DNA from: Tolumonas sp.
GTDB taxonomy: Bacteria > Pseudomonadota > Gammaproteobacteria > Enterobacterales > Aeromonadaceae
Direction of reading: 5' to 3'
Length of the DNA: 50,099 nt
Assembly: GCA_003251455.1 (NCBI GenBank)
Contig: QKFI01000233.1
Location: forward strand, 1-50,099
Shown here: positions 1 through 10,066 of the stretch, in pieces
How positions within the stretch are numbered: the first letter of the stretch is position 1
Layout of the letters: each line of letters begins with the position of its first letter
Translations under genes and position numbers: made by a program
Notes under the pieces: model-generated
The model's input: only the letters and a program-made list of their open reading frames with translations
The model's database searches: none
What the model was told of the DNA's origin: nothing

Positions 1-21
1 GCTTTCCAATTGAACCGAATA

Positions 22-138
22 TGCCTGGCGGCGATAGCGCGGTGGAACCACCTGTATCCATTCCGAACACAGAAGTGAAACGCTGTAGCGCCGATGGTAG
101 TGTGGCATTCGCCATGTGAGAGTAGGACACTGCCAGGC
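22..138 (+). rRNA. rrf: 5S rRNA
   Basis: TGCCTGGCGG...CCGAAC..GAAGTGAAACG...CGATGGTAG...GAGAGTAGG..TGCCAGGC; the terminal helix pairs; about 117 nt. Confidence 0.97.
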
Positions 139-171
139 TTCTAAATTTGACCGAAGGTCATCAAGATTGAT

Positions 172-247
172 GCTGATATGGCTCAGTCGGTAGAGCGCAC
201 CCTTGGTAAGGGTGAGGTCCCCAGTTCGATTCTGGGTATCAGCACCA
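172..247 (+). tRNA. tRNA-Thr(GGT)
   Basis: 76-nt cloverleaf GCTGATA...TATCAGCACCA; anticodon loop TTGGTAA; GTTCGA T-loop; encoded CCA. Confidence 0.97.
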
Positions 248-270
248 TTGAAACAGAAGATGAAAGATAT

Positions 271-300
271 AAAGCCCAGCATGAATATGCTGGGCTTTTT
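271..300 (+). terminator. intrinsic terminator of the rRNA operon
   Basis: AAAGCCCAGCAT-GAAT-ATGCTGGGCTTTTT. Confidence 0.85.
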
Positions 301-347
301 GCATTGCTTGATTAAAATATAAAAAATTTCGGGATAGCATTGTTCAA

Positions 348-782
348 ATGGAATTAATAATTCGAGTTATACCTATTTATTTTTATAGTTTGTTCGTTCT
401 TGTCGGATGTACTTCTTCTAACCTTCAATCCAGATCACTAAATCAAGATGATTATTCTTTATATCTCCGTGGAGATATGTCGAATTGGTCCGTATTGCCA
501 AATCTGATTGCTCAGCCAGTAAAAGCAAAATACTTCACTGCTCAAACTACATTAAAAGCAAATCATACTTACCATTTTAAATTCGCAGATAAAGAGTGGA
601 CGCCTTCAAGGAATTTTGGGGCAGCAGCTGATCAGTCTGAAATAACTGAAGGCAAATCAGTTCCAGTATCTGCATATGGCTGTTTAAATGAATTGTCGTT
701 TACGCCGGATCAGGATGGGAAGTATGTATTCACGTTAGATTTGACAGGAAAAAGACAAGTTTTGCGCATAAACAAAAAATAA
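348..782 (+). CDS. small lipoprotein with a pullulanase-associated / SusE-SusF-like carbohydrate-binding domain
   Basis: Hydrophobic signal with lipobox LVGC; motifs YLRGDMSNW, YHFKFADKEW and GKYVFTLD resemble X25/SusE-type starch-binding beta-sandwiches (family call is inference). Confidence 0.6.
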   Translation: MELIIRVIPIYFYSLFVLVGCTSSNLQSRSLNQDDYSLYLRGDMSNWSVLPNLIAQPVKAKYFTAQTTLKANHTYHFKFADKEWTPSRNFGAAADQSEITEGKSVPVSAYGCLNELSFTPDQDGKYVFTLDLTGKRQVLRINKK

Positions 783-804
783 AGGCTGTCGAAATGACAG
801 CCTT
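782..804. terminator. hairpin terminator between convergent genes
   Basis: AAGGCTGTC-GAAAT-GACAGCCTT; U-rich tail on the minus strand. Confidence 0.7.
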
Positions 805-810
805 GTAATT

Positions 811-1659
811 TTATCGATTTTCAATACCGACAATAATCCATGGTGCATCGTTTTGAGTTAAATCTCTTTCTAAATGCCACACTTCATCGATATTCTCTTC
901 AATTCTCTCTACATTGTCTCTGTAGCGACCTTTGAATAACACACTTAATTGTGCTTTGCTTGGTCTGTTTTCAGCCCTTACAATTTCAGCGCTCACGTAC
1001 ATGACTTCTGTGTGTTGGTCTCCGGGATAATTTTCACGCTCTGCTTTTAAGTCATTGTAGAGTTCAGGCGAAACATATTCCTGAATGGTCTCGAAATTAT
1101 TTTGGTTCCATGCATCCTGAAGAGCTCGGTAATGGTCACAAGCACCTTTGGTAAATTCTTTAATATCAAAACCAGCTGGTAAATTAAAAGGTATATCATC
1201 ATTGGGGGTAGCCGTTGATGATGTTGCTGGCTGCTCTTTTTGTACATCTGCAGTTCTGAAGGCTGCGCCACCGAATGCAGGTTGAGCTGATTGTTGGGTT
1301 TGTGTTTTCTTGGCGGCCAAAAGTTTAAACAAAAGAAAAGCAACACCAGCCAGCATTAAAATGTCAAAGATCTGGATTCCCTCAAACGCCCCACTGCCTA
1401 ACAGCCAAGCAAAAAGACCTCCTGCGATTAATCCACCTAATAAGCCCCCCATCAGACCTCTTCCGCTATTCAATGGTTGACCTTGTTTATTTAAGGTTGG
1501 GTTGGTGGTATTAAGGGATTGGGTTGGTTGTGCTGGTGCTGTTTTATAAGTTCTGCCAAAAGATTTTGAGCCACCAAACTTTCTGGCTTCAGCCATTTGG
1601 GTAAATCCTAAACTCAATACGACAGCAACAATAGTCAGAAAAGAGAAGAGTTTGCGCAT
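811..1659 (-). CDS. Tim44-like domain membrane protein
   Basis: N-terminal AEARKFGGSKSFGR, Gly-rich TM segment GGLLGGLIAGGL, C-terminal Tim44 motifs (LQDAWN, EVWHLER, WIIVGI). ATG at 1659 follows AGGA. Confidence 0.85.
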   Translation of the reverse strand: MRKLFSFLTIVAVVLSLGFTQMAEARKFGGSKSFGRTYKTAPAQPTQSLNTTNPTLNKQGQPLNSGRGLMGGLLGGLIAGGLFAWLLGSGAFEGIQIFDILMLAGVAFLLFKLLAAKKTQTQQSAQPAFGGAAFRTADVQKEQPATSSTATPNDDIPFNLPAGFDIKEFTKGACDHYRALQDAWNQNNFETIQEYVSPELYNDLKAERENYPGDQHTEVMYVSAEIVRAENRPSKAQLSVLFKGRYRDNVERIEENIDEVWHLERDLTQNDAPWIIVGIENR

Positions 1660-1779
1660 AAGTGTTCCTGATAAATTTACATTCATCTAACATACTAGTT
1701 ATTACGGATGGAAATTCAATTCAGAAAGAATGCATTGTGGTTTCGTTTTTTTCGATGCTTGTAGGCCTTTCTATAAAAA

Positions 1780-1803
1780 ATAAGCCCTCATAAGAGGGCT
1801 TAT
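1780..1803 (-). terminator. terminator of ptsG copy 1
   Basis: ATAAGCCCTC-ATAA-GAGGGCTTAT with a T-run on the minus strand. Confidence 0.8.
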
Positions 1804-1830
1804 TGATGAACATTATAGATTAAACAAGAC

Positions 1831-3271
1831 TTAGTTTGCTTTGATCCATTGGTCCATATCAGTTTTCAGGTTATCTGATTTAGTACCGAAGATTGCCTGT
1901 ACACCAGTACCTGCAACAACAACACCTGCAGCACCTAAAGATTTCAGTTTTGATTGGTCAACCTGTTCAGTGCTTTTTACACTAACACGCAGACGAGTGA
2001 TACAAGCATCCAAGTTAGTGATGTTATCTTTCCCGCCGAATGCGTGAACTAATTCACCTGCTAATTCAGTGCCAGATAAAGCAGCATCTTCAGAAGATTC
2101 TTCTTCACGACCCGGAGTTTTCAGGTCCATGAATTTGATCACTGCGCGGAATACTGAGTAGTAAACAGCTGCGTAGCACAGACCTACTACTGGGAACAGC
2201 ATCAGGTTGCTACCTTTGTTACCTAATACGCTCAATACCAGGAAGTCGATCAGACCATGAGAGAAGCTTGTACCAGCACTCATATTCAGGGTGATACAGA
2301 CAACGAAAGCCAGACCAGCTAATACTGCATGGATTGCATACAGAATTGGTGCAACGAACATGAATGAGAATTCGATTGGTTCAGTGATACCAGTCAGGAA
2401 TGAAGTCAGCGCAGCTGAAATCATGATACCACCAACTTTTGCACGGTTTTCTGGGCCAAATTGCAATAGCAGCTGCAGGCAGACCATACATTTTGAACAT
2501 GAAGCCACCAGCCAGTTTACCCGCAGTTGGGTCACCAGCGATGAAACGAGGAATATCACCGTGGAATACTTGGCCAGCTGCGTTAGTGAATTCACCAACT
2601 TGCATTTGGAATGGTACGTTCCAGATGTGATGCAGACCGAATGGTACCAGTGCACGTTCAACAATACCGTAGATACCGAATGCAACTGTTGGGTTCTGGT
2701 AAGCAGCCCACTGTGAGAATACGTCAATTGCATGACCAATTGGTGGCCAAATGAAAGACAGAACTACAGCTGCGATAATTACAGAGAAACCAGTAATAAT
2801 TGGAACGAAACGTTTACCAGCGAAGAAACCTAAGTATTCAGGTAACTGGATACGATAGAAACGGTTGAACATGAAGGCTGCAACTGCACCTGCGATGATA
2901 CCGCCCAGAACACCAGTGTTAGACATGTGTTCAACTTGAACAGCATAGTCAGCAGCAGTTGGATCTAAACCAGCGATAAATGGTGCAGCAACTGTCATTG
3001 TTTTGGTCAGAATAGCGTAACCAACGGTTGCAGCTAATGCAGCAACACCATCGTTATTTGTGAAGCCTAAGGCAACACCGATAGCGAAAATTAATGCCAT
3101 GTTACCGAAAACGGCGCCACCAGCTTGTGCCATAACCTGTGATACTACGTCTGGTAACCAACTGAAGTTAGCAGAACCGACGCCCAGCAGAATACCTGCA
3201 ACTGGCAGTACGGATACTGGTAACATCAGAGATTTACCTACTTTTTGCAAATTAGCAAAAGCGTTGCTCAT
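1831..3271 (-). pseudogene. ptsG: PTS glucose EIICB, copy 1, frameshifted by an 11-nt deletion at about 2455 (may be an assembly error)
   Basis: Split over ORFs 2381-3271 and 1831-2739; GITEPIEF and DACITRLR present. Span is 1441 nt versus 1452 nt for copy 2; WHSAKPE is reduced to TGG-C-CCA-GAA. Confidence 0.9.
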
Positions 3272-3377
3272 TTGATGCTCCTGATGAATGTGAGTTGGGA
3301 AACCAGAAATATTATTTTTAATTCAAATCATTAACATTCAATTCACAATAAATCGAAAATTAATTATTTGATGGATG

Positions 3378-3423
3378 GTATTTCTACAGCAGAAATTAAA
3401 TACCTTACACACCTAAAACGCAA
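3378..3423 (-). promoter_or_regulatory. sigma70 promoter of ptsG copy 1 with an overlapping Mlc/NagC-type operator
   Basis: Minus strand TTGCGT-17 nt-TTTAAT (3423-3395). The palindrome ATTTCT-ACAGC-AGAAAT (TT-N9-AA core typical of ROK-family operators) covers the predicted +1. Confidence 0.5.
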
Positions 3424-3521
3424 TTTAAGAGTTGTAATATATTATTAATAAGCGTGTTTATCGTTACTCTATGTTTCTGCTTTATTGTAAATGTTTCTAA
3501 ATGTATCTGATTTTCTTGGTT

Positions 3522-3535
3522 TGAAACCGGTTGCT
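3522..3535. promoter_or_regulatory. LacI-family (AscG-like) operator candidate
   Basis: TGAAACCGGTTGCT, 12/14 match to the palindrome TGAAACCGGTTTCA. Confidence 0.35.
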
Positions 3536-3640
3536 GTTTATGGGGATCTTCGTTTGAAGGAGATATTATCTTTCTATGAAAGGTTTATAATTAAGTTTTG
3601 TAACAAAAATTATTTTATTTATTGCTTTATATCTAAAATA

Positions 3641-3666
3641 AAAAAGCTCCTCTAAAAAGAGGAGCT
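3641..3666 (-). terminator. terminator of ptsG copy 2
   Basis: AGCTCCTCT-TTTT-AGAGGAGCT followed by TTTTT on the minus strand. Confidence 0.8.
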
Positions 3667-3702
3667 AATATCTAACATTTGGAACTAAGTTTATTTATTT
3701 AA

Positions 3703-5154
3703 TTAGTGTCCTTTGATCCAGTGGTCCATATCAGTTTTCAGGTTATCAGATTTTGTACCAAATATTGCTTGAATACCTGACCCTGCAACTACAACACCGG
3801 CCGCACCTAAGTTTTTCAGTCTTGCTTGGTCCACTTTAGTTACATCATTTACTGTGACACGCAGACGAGTAATACAAGCATCTAAGTTTGAGATGTTTTC
3901 TTTACCACCAAAGGCGTGAACCAATTCACCAGCCATTTCTGAAGCATCCATTGCTAAATCTTCAAGGGTTTCTTCTTCACGACCCGGTGTTTTCAGATTC
4001 ATTGCTTTAATTACAACACGGAATACTGAGTAGTAAATCGCCGCATAAATTAAACCAACAACTGGGAACAACATTAAGTTGCTACCTTTGTTACCTAATA
4101 CACTCAGAACCAAGAAGTCGATTAAACCGTGTGAGAAGCTGGTACCTGCACTCATATCCAGTGTAATACATACCACGAATGCTAAACCTGCTAATACAGC
4201 GTGAATTGCATACAGAATCGGTGCGACAAACAAGAATGAGAACTCGATTGGCTCAGTGATGCCGGTTAGGAATGAAGTCAGCGCAGCTGAAATCATGATA
4301 CCGCCGATACGAGCACGATGTTCTGGTTTCGCGCTGTGCCAAATTGCGATTGCAGCAGCAGGAAGACCATACATTTTGAACAGGAAACCACCTGCCAGTT
4401 TACCCGCAGTTGGGTCACCAGCGATGAAACGAGGGATATCGCCATGGAATACCTGACCAGCAGCATTCGTAAATGAACCAACTTGCATTTGGAAAGGTAC
4501 GTTCCAGATGTGGTGCAGACCAAACGGAATTAACGCTCGCTCGACGACACCATAGATACCGAATGCAACAGTTGGGTTTTGGTAAGCTGCCCATTGCGAG
4601 AACACATCAATAGCATGGCCGACTGGAGGCCAAATGAATGACAATACAACGCCTGCGATGATGACACTAAAGCCAGTTACAATTGGTACGAAACGTTTAC
4701 CGGCAAAGAAACCTAAATATTCAGGTAATTCAATGCGGTAAAAACGGTTAAACATGTAAGCAGCAACGCCACCAGCGATAATACCGCCTAACACACCAGT
4801 GTTAGAGATATGGTCCACTTGGACTGCATAATCAGCAGCAGTTGGATCTAAACCTGCAAGTACAGGAGCAACTACGCCAACAGTTTTGGTCAGAATGGCG
4901 TAACCAACGGTTGCAGCTAAAGCCGCAACACCATCGTTGTTGGTAAAGCCGAGTGCAACACCGATCGCGAAGATCAGCGCCATGTTACCGAAAACCGCAC
5001 CACCAGCTTGCGCCATAACTTGTGATACGATTGCTGGCAACCAACTGAAGTTAGCAGAACCGACACCAAGCAGAATACCTGCGACTGGTAAAACGGATAC
5101 TGGTAACATCAATGATTTGCCTACTTTTTGTAGATTCGCAAATGCATTTTTCAT
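3703..5154 (-). CDS. ptsG: PTS glucose-specific EIICB, copy 2 (intact, 483 aa)
   Basis: [38 protein letters not shown] and [12 protein letters not shown]; AGGAG upstream of ATG 5154. Confidence 0.95.
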   Translation of the reverse strand: MKNAFANLQKVGKSLMLPVSVLPVAGILLGVGSANFSWLPAIVSQVMAQAGGAVFGNMALIFAIGVALGFTNNDGVAALAATVGYAILTKTVGVVAPVLAGLDPTAADYAVQVDHISNTGVLGGIIAGGVAAYMFNRFYRIELPEYLGFFAGKRFVPIVTGFSVIIAGVVLSFIWPPVGHAIDVFSQWAAYQNPTVAFGIYGVVERALIPFGLHHIWNVPFQMQVGSFTNAAGQVFHGDIPRFIAGDPTAGKLAGGFLFKMYGLPAAAIAIWHSAKPEHRARIGGIMISAALTSFLTGITEPIEFSFLFVAPILYAIHAVLAGLAFVVCITLDMSAGTSFSHGLIDFLVLSVLGNKGSNLMLFPVVGLIYAAIYYSVFRVVIKAMNLKTPGREEETLEDLAMDASEMAGELVHAFGGKENISNLDACITRLRVTVNDVTKVDQARLKNLGAAGVVVAGSGIQAIFGTKSDNLKTDMDHWIKGH

Positions 5155-5497
5155 ATTAATGAGCTCCTGGGGAGTATGCGTCCTAATATTAAATTGAATA
5201 CACAATTCATATTTCTTGCGTAATGTTTATATGTGTATTTCAACATTACTAATGATAGTGAAATTATTTATATGCAATAGTTGGGATAATTAGAAACAAT
5301 ATGCAGATCACAAATAGTATTGTTTCTTATTTATTTCAGAATGGGTAATATCGAGGTCTAATGTAACAAACAACAGTTAATGTGTTTATTTATGGTGTTT
5401 TGTTTATAAATGAAAGTTAATGTTTGTTTATTGTTTCAGTGTGTAACGAATTGTAACTTTTACTTGATGCCGATATTTCACGGCACCAAGTAAACAA

Positions 5498-6400
5498 TTA
5501 TAGACTATAAGGTAGGTTACGAATTTTTAATATGCTGGTTTCATCGTTCGTTATTCTTAATGAAGTTTCATGATCTGTATCATGAGGTAAGATTGCAGTG
5601 ATGAATACCAATTCACCATTTTGATATACATCGACAATCGATCCGCTGCTACGCCAGTTATCACCAATCTGCTTTTCTAGCGAGTCATGAACCGTGACTT
5701 GTTTTGTTGCTTTCCCTTCAAGTACATACATTGAACGGTTATTTGTACCGCGGTATTTGGCGCGAGCAACCGTTTCCTGACCGGTATAGCATCCTTTTGT
5801 AAAGCTTATTCCATTGATTGCATCAAGATTAAAAGCCTGAGGGATGAATTCATCCTGAATGTAAGCATTTAGATTAGGAATTCCATCCAGAATATCGAAG
5901 CCAAACCATCGTTCGGATTCAGGGTTAAAATCTGGCTCAATCGGTGTTTGTGAATCAACAAGCATCATGATGCGGTTGGGGTTCACTCGTACAGTAGCAA
6001 TCAGTTGGGTTTTGAAAGATTCAAAAACATGGTTCACGCTTTCGGTATTTTGACCCGCCAAGCCAAGCACTCGATAATTTTCTGACACATCCGCAATATT
6101 TACTTTGGAAAATACAGCATATTTTTTGAGATCAGCCAGCTGTTTTGTAACAAGCTCTTTTTTATATACAAGTAACAGCTCGCTTTCTGTACGGAACAGA
6201 CGAAATATTGTCAGGACTTTCCCTTTTGGCGTACAGTGAGCACCAAGCATTGAGTCACCAATTGCTAACTTTGTGACATCACATGTTACTTGTCCATTCA
6301 GATATTTAACCGCATCTTCCCCTTCGAGTTTAATGACAGCAAGTTGCGTTAAATGAAACAGGGTTGGCGATTCGGGTAATAAATGTTGTTCATTCATCAT
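5498..6400 (-). CDS. ygfZ: folate-binding Fe-S / tRNA-modification protein YgfZ
   Basis: KGCYTGQE signature; YLNGQVTCDV. Confidence 0.93.
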   Translation of the reverse strand: MMNEQHLLPESPTLFHLTQLAVIKLEGEDAVKYLNGQVTCDVTKLAIGDSMLGAHCTPKGKVLTIFRLFRTESELLLVYKKELVTKQLADLKKYAVFSKVNIADVSENYRVLGLAGQNTESVNHVFESFKTQLIATVRVNPNRIMMLVDSQTPIEPDFNPESERWFGFDILDGIPNLNAYIQDEFIPQAFNLDAINGISFTKGCYTGQETVARAKYRGTNNRSMYVLEGKATKQVTVHDSLEKQIGDNWRSSGSIVDVYQNGELVFITAILPHDTDHETSLRITNDETSILKIRNLPYSL

Positions 6401-6484
6401 GATTTTTCCTTTGTGATGATGATTCATGGTAATGAAGCAAGTATTGTTTGTCAGCACTAGTGTTGATTTTAACGGAGAATAAGA

Positions 6485-6742
6485 ATGAATGAGGATTTTT
6501 CCCGGTTACGCTGGACCTGCCGACGAGGTATGCTTGAGTTGGACGTTATGTTGGCTCCTTTCCTAGAGCAGGATTTTAGTCATCTGGATGAGGATCTGAA
6601 GCAAGATTTTGTTCGCTTACTCGATTACTCTGATCTGGAGTTGTTTCGTTGCTTATTACGTCATGAAAAACCACAGGACACTTCTTTAACGACCATTTTA
6701 GGAGTAATTCGTGAAAAACATCAGGCACGTCATTCAGGTTAA
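6485..6742 (+). CDS. sdhE: FAD assembly factor SdhE
   Basis: RLRWTCRRGMLELD motif; divergent from ygfZ. Confidence 0.93.
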   Translation: MNEDFSRLRWTCRRGMLELDVMLAPFLEQDFSHLDEDLKQDFVRLLDYSDLELFRCLLRHEKPQDTSLTTILGVIREKHQARHSG

Positions 6743-7097
6743 TGCCTCACATTATCATCAGTATTTTTTGTTAGCCGGGCATATTCTGATTGGTTGGTTA
6801 GCATGGATTTCGTTGCATGGTCATTTTTGGCTGATTTTTTTTGTGGTATGGGGAGGCTGTTTATTTTGGTCTCTTTATCATGCAAGTCAGCGGCACTTTC
6901 AGATTGAGATGAAAGGGGATGAGATTTTCTGGGATGGGAAGTTTTATCACATTACAGCATCATCAAGAGTGGGTTATGGCTTTATCTGGCTAGTATTGAA
7001 AGGCGATAAAACAGTTCATTTGTGGCTATTTGCGGATAGCATCAAAGAACCAGATTACCGCCGGATTGCCCGGCGGGTAAATATGAGAACTCAGTAA
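6711..7097 (+). CDS. ygfX: YgfX/CptA family membrane protein
   Basis: Two N-terminal TM segments; C-terminal [15 protein letters not shown]; overlaps sdhE as in the conserved operon. Confidence 0.8.
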   Translation: MKNIRHVIQVNASHYHQYFLLAGHILIGWLAWISLHGHFWLIFFVVWGGCLFWSLYHASQRHFQIEMKGDEIFWDGKFYHITASSRVGYGFIWLVLKGDKTVHLWLFADSIKEPDYRRIARRVNMRTQ

Positions 7098-8695
7098 TCG
7101 TTCGGTATCAGGATGGTTGGGGTAGGATTTTCCTGAAGCTCTGGGTAATCCAGATTGTAATGAAGTCCACGGGATTCCTTCCTTGCCATCGCTGAACAGA
7201 CAATTAGTTCTGCGACTTGCAATAAATTTCTTAATTCAAGCAGGTTATTTGAAACACGGAAGTTAGCGTAGTATTCATGTACTTCTTGTTTCAACAAGTC
7301 AATACGTCGCTTGGCACGTTCGAGGCGCTTATTCGTACGCACGATCCCCACATAATCCCACATGAATAAACGAAGTTCATGCCAGTTGTGCTGAATGACA
7401 ACTTCTTCATCAGAGTTGGATACCTGACTTTCATCCCACGCTGGTAACGATGGTGGAATCGTATTCATTGCCAATCTGGCCTTGATGTCTTCAGCTGCTG
7501 AACGAGCGAAAACTACACATTCCAATATTGAGTTGGAGGCCATCCGGTTAGCGCCATGTAAACCGGTATATGAAACCTCACCGATAGCATACAAACCTGG
7601 TATGTCCGTCTGACCATGAACATCACTCATCACGCCACCACAGGTGTAGTGAGCAGCGGGAACAACTGGTATCGGTTGTTTTGTGATATCTATACCTAGT
7701 TTCAGGCATCGTTCATATATGGTAGGGAAGTGTTTCTTAACAAATTCGGCAGGCTTATGGCTGATATCAAGGAACATGCAATCAGCCCCAAGGCGTTTCA
7801 TCTCATAATCGATCGCGCGGGCTACAATGTCTCTAGGCGCTAATTCTGCACGCTGATCAAATTCTGGCATAAAACGAGATCCATCAGGACGTTTTAATAA
7901 TGCACCTTCGCCGCGTAACGCTTCTGTGAGTAAAAAGTTTCTGTCATCGGGATGAAACAGGGTTGTCGGATGGAATTGATTAAACTCCATATTGGCTACA
8001 CGACATCCTGCTCGCCAAGCTAAAGCAATACCATCACCAGAGCTGACATCTGGATTTGATGTATATTGATATACTTTAGATGCGCCACCTGTTGCAAGAA
8101 CAACAAATTTAGCTCTTACTGCTTCAACTTGTTCTTCCGTACGGTTCCAGATGTAGGCACCAAGAACTTTGTTTCCAGGAATGCCTAATTTCCGGGTAGT
8201 AATCAGATCAACAGCGTTAAAACGTTCCATCAATTTTATTTTCGGATTCTGGCGCACGCGATCCACTAATGTGATTTCAACGTATTTACCTGTTGAATCG
8301 GCTGAATGGAATATTCGACGATGACTATGACCACCCTCACGGGTTAAATGATAAGAGTCACTGCCATCTGATTCGGTTTTATCGAATGGTACACCTTGCT
8401 GGATTAACCAATCGATAGAATCTTTTGCATTGCGAGCAGTGAACTCGACGATTTCCTTATCACAAAGACCTGCTCCTGCATTCAGAGTGTCGTTGACATG
8501 TGATTCAACACTGTCTGACTCTTCAGCAACTGCAGCGATGCCTCCCTGGGCGTAATAGGTAGATCCTTCACTAAGGGGACCTTTGCTCAAGACCATCACA
8601 TCCGCATTTTCTGCTAATTGAAGTGCTAATGTGAGACCGGCGGCACCACTACCAATGATCAATACATCGCAGGTGTATTCAACGTTACGTTTCAT
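7091..8695 (-). CDS. nadB: L-aspartate oxidase
   Basis: [46 protein letters not shown]; divergent from rpoE. Confidence 0.97.
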   Translation of the reverse strand: MKRNVEYTCDVLIIGSGAAGLTLALQLAENADVMVLSKGPLSEGSTYYAQGGIAAVAEESDSVESHVNDTLNAGAGLCDKEIVEFTARNAKDSIDWLIQQGVPFDKTESDGSDSYHLTREGGHSHRRIFHSADSTGKYVEITLVDRVRQNPKIKLMERFNAVDLITTRKLGIPGNKVLGAYIWNRTEEQVEAVRAKFVVLATGGASKVYQYTSNPDVSSGDGIALAWRAGCRVANMEFNQFHPTTLFHPDDRNFLLTEALRGEGALLKRPDGSRFMPEFDQRAELAPRDIVARAIDYEMKRLGADCMFLDISHKPAEFVKKHFPTIYERCLKLGIDITKQPIPVVPAAHYTCGGVMSDVHGQTDIPGLYAIGEVSYTGLHGANRMASNSILECVVFARSAAEDIKARLAMNTIPPSLPAWDESQVSNSDEEVVIQHNWHELRLFMWDYVGIVRTNKRLERAKRRIDLLKQEVHEYYANFRVSNNLLELRNLLQVAELIVCSAMARKESRGLHYNLDYPELQENPTPTILIPNDY

Positions 8696-8783
8696 AAGTA
8701 TCATTGGTCCTGATAAATAAAGCTTTATACTATCCCAACTGATGGTCGGGCGCAGCCAAGATCACGTTTTTTTGCGAAGAATT

Positions 8784-8810
8784 GAACTTTTCTCCGATTT
8801 AATTGTCTGA
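8784..8810 (+). promoter_or_regulatory. sigmaE-dependent autoregulatory promoter of rpoE
   Basis: GAACTT-16 nt-TCTGA, matching the sigmaE consensus. Confidence 0.8.
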
Positions 8811-8865
8811 AATATCGAACTTCATTTCGGGCCGATGGTGAAAAGTGGAGGATATCGGCGTCGAT

Positions 8866-9450
8866 ATGAGCGATTTAGAAATCGATCAACAGTTAGTTGA
8901 ACGTGTGCAACATGGCGATAAGCAGGCATTTAATCTTCTGGTTTCAAAGTATCAGCGGAAGATAGCCAATTTAGTCAGTCGTTATGTTAGTAACCAGAGT
9001 GATATTGCTGATGTTGTACAAGAAGTGTTTATCAGTGCTTATCGTTTCTTGCCTTCATTCAGAAATGACAGCGCTTTTTACACTTGGTTGTATCGCATAG
9101 CAGTGAATACGGCTAAGAACTATATTTTATCTAATGGCCGTAAAACGATAGGGAGTGACATTGATCTTGCAGACGCTGAGCAGTATGACTCATCGGATAT
9201 GTTAAGAGATATTGCCAGTCCTGAAAGTTTGTTGTCTTCTGAGCAAGTGAGAAAGACGGTGATTGATGCTTTACAGTCTTTGCCTGAAGATTTGAGAACT
9301 GTGATTACTTTGCGTGAAATAGAAGGTCTGAGTTATGAAGAGATCGCTGACGTAATTGGTTGCCCTGTGGGTACAGTACGTTCGCGGATTTTTCGTGCTC
9401 GGGATGTTATAGATAGTCGACTAAAAGCTGTATTGCTGGGATCTAATTAG
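8866..9450 (+). CDS. rpoE: RNA polymerase sigma factor RpoE
   Basis: DQQLVERVQ.GDKQAFNLLV, FYTWLYRIAVNTAKN, PVGTVRSRIFRAR. Confidence 0.97.
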   Translation: MSDLEIDQQLVERVQHGDKQAFNLLVSKYQRKIANLVSRYVSNQSDIADVVQEVFISAYRFLPSFRNDSAFYTWLYRIAVNTAKNYILSNGRKTIGSDIDLADAEQYDSSDMLRDIASPESLLSSEQVRKTVIDALQSLPEDLRTVITLREIEGLSYEEIADVIGCPVGTVRSRIFRARDVIDSRLKAVLLGSN

Positions 9451-9485
9451 GTTTTTCCTGCTAGGAAATGGAGTAACGGATTCGT

Positions 9486-10058
9486 ATGACAATCACAAAA
9501 GAGCACATTTCAGCTTTAATGGATAATCAGGAAGCAGAATCTTCGATAAAAGCCATTGCTGAAGATCAGGAACTTGCTGAGACTTGGTCTCGCTATCACT
9601 TGATCCGTGATGCGTTAAAAGATGATCTACCTGCTTATATTGATCTTGAACTGTCATCTCGTATTGCAAATGCGCTTGAGGCAGAGCCGGTTATTTTGGC
9701 TCCAAAACAGAAGAAAAATGTAATTGAAAAGAAATCTTCATCGGTTGTGAAGGTTTTACATTTGTTCGGACAATATGGTATTGCTGCTTCGGTTGCTTTG
9801 GCTGTTTTAGTCGGTGTACAGCAATATCAGCAACATTCATCATCAGAAGTGGATGTTATCAAGCAGAATCCTGTATTGAATACTGTACCGATTGGCGGGT
9901 CAGCAACCCCTGTGAGCATTAACTACAATGCAGACAGGTTAATGCCGGTCCAATCATCAGCAATGACGGAACAGCAATTACAGGAACAGAGAGAACGTAT
10001 AGCCCGTTATATTCAGGATCATCAACTACAGCAGCGCTTATCACCTGCTAATCGGTAA
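9486..10058 (+). CDS. rseA: anti-sigmaE factor RseA
   Basis: KEHISALMD, WSRYHLIRDAL, one TM segment, Q-rich C-terminus with HQLQQRL. Confidence 0.93.
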   Translation: MTITKEHISALMDNQEAESSIKAIAEDQELAETWSRYHLIRDALKDDLPAYIDLELSSRIANALEAEPVILAPKQKKNVIEKKSSSVVKVLHLFGQYGIAASVALAVLVGVQQYQQHSSSEVDVIKQNPVLNTVPIGGSATPVSINYNADRLMPVQSSAMTEQQLQEQRERIARYIQDHQLQQRLSPANR

Positions 10059-10066
10059 AAAAATTG

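Noticed and set aside
172-811. tRNA-Thr as an integration site for an island
   Set aside because: No integrase, and no duplicated tRNA 3' end was seen in the window.
5290-5315. Possible CRP site upstream of ptsG copy 2
   Set aside because: Only one half-site (TGTGA) matches; this is not distinguishable from AT-rich background.
5459-5494. 14-bp hairpin after the ygfZ stop codon
   Set aside because: There is no U-tract on the ygfZ strand, so it is not called as a terminator; it is probably an ordinary 3' stem.
6485-7097. sdhE-ygfX as a CptAB toxin-antitoxin pair
   Set aside because: This is a known conserved operon; SdhE is a flavinylation factor and the TA interpretation is disputed.
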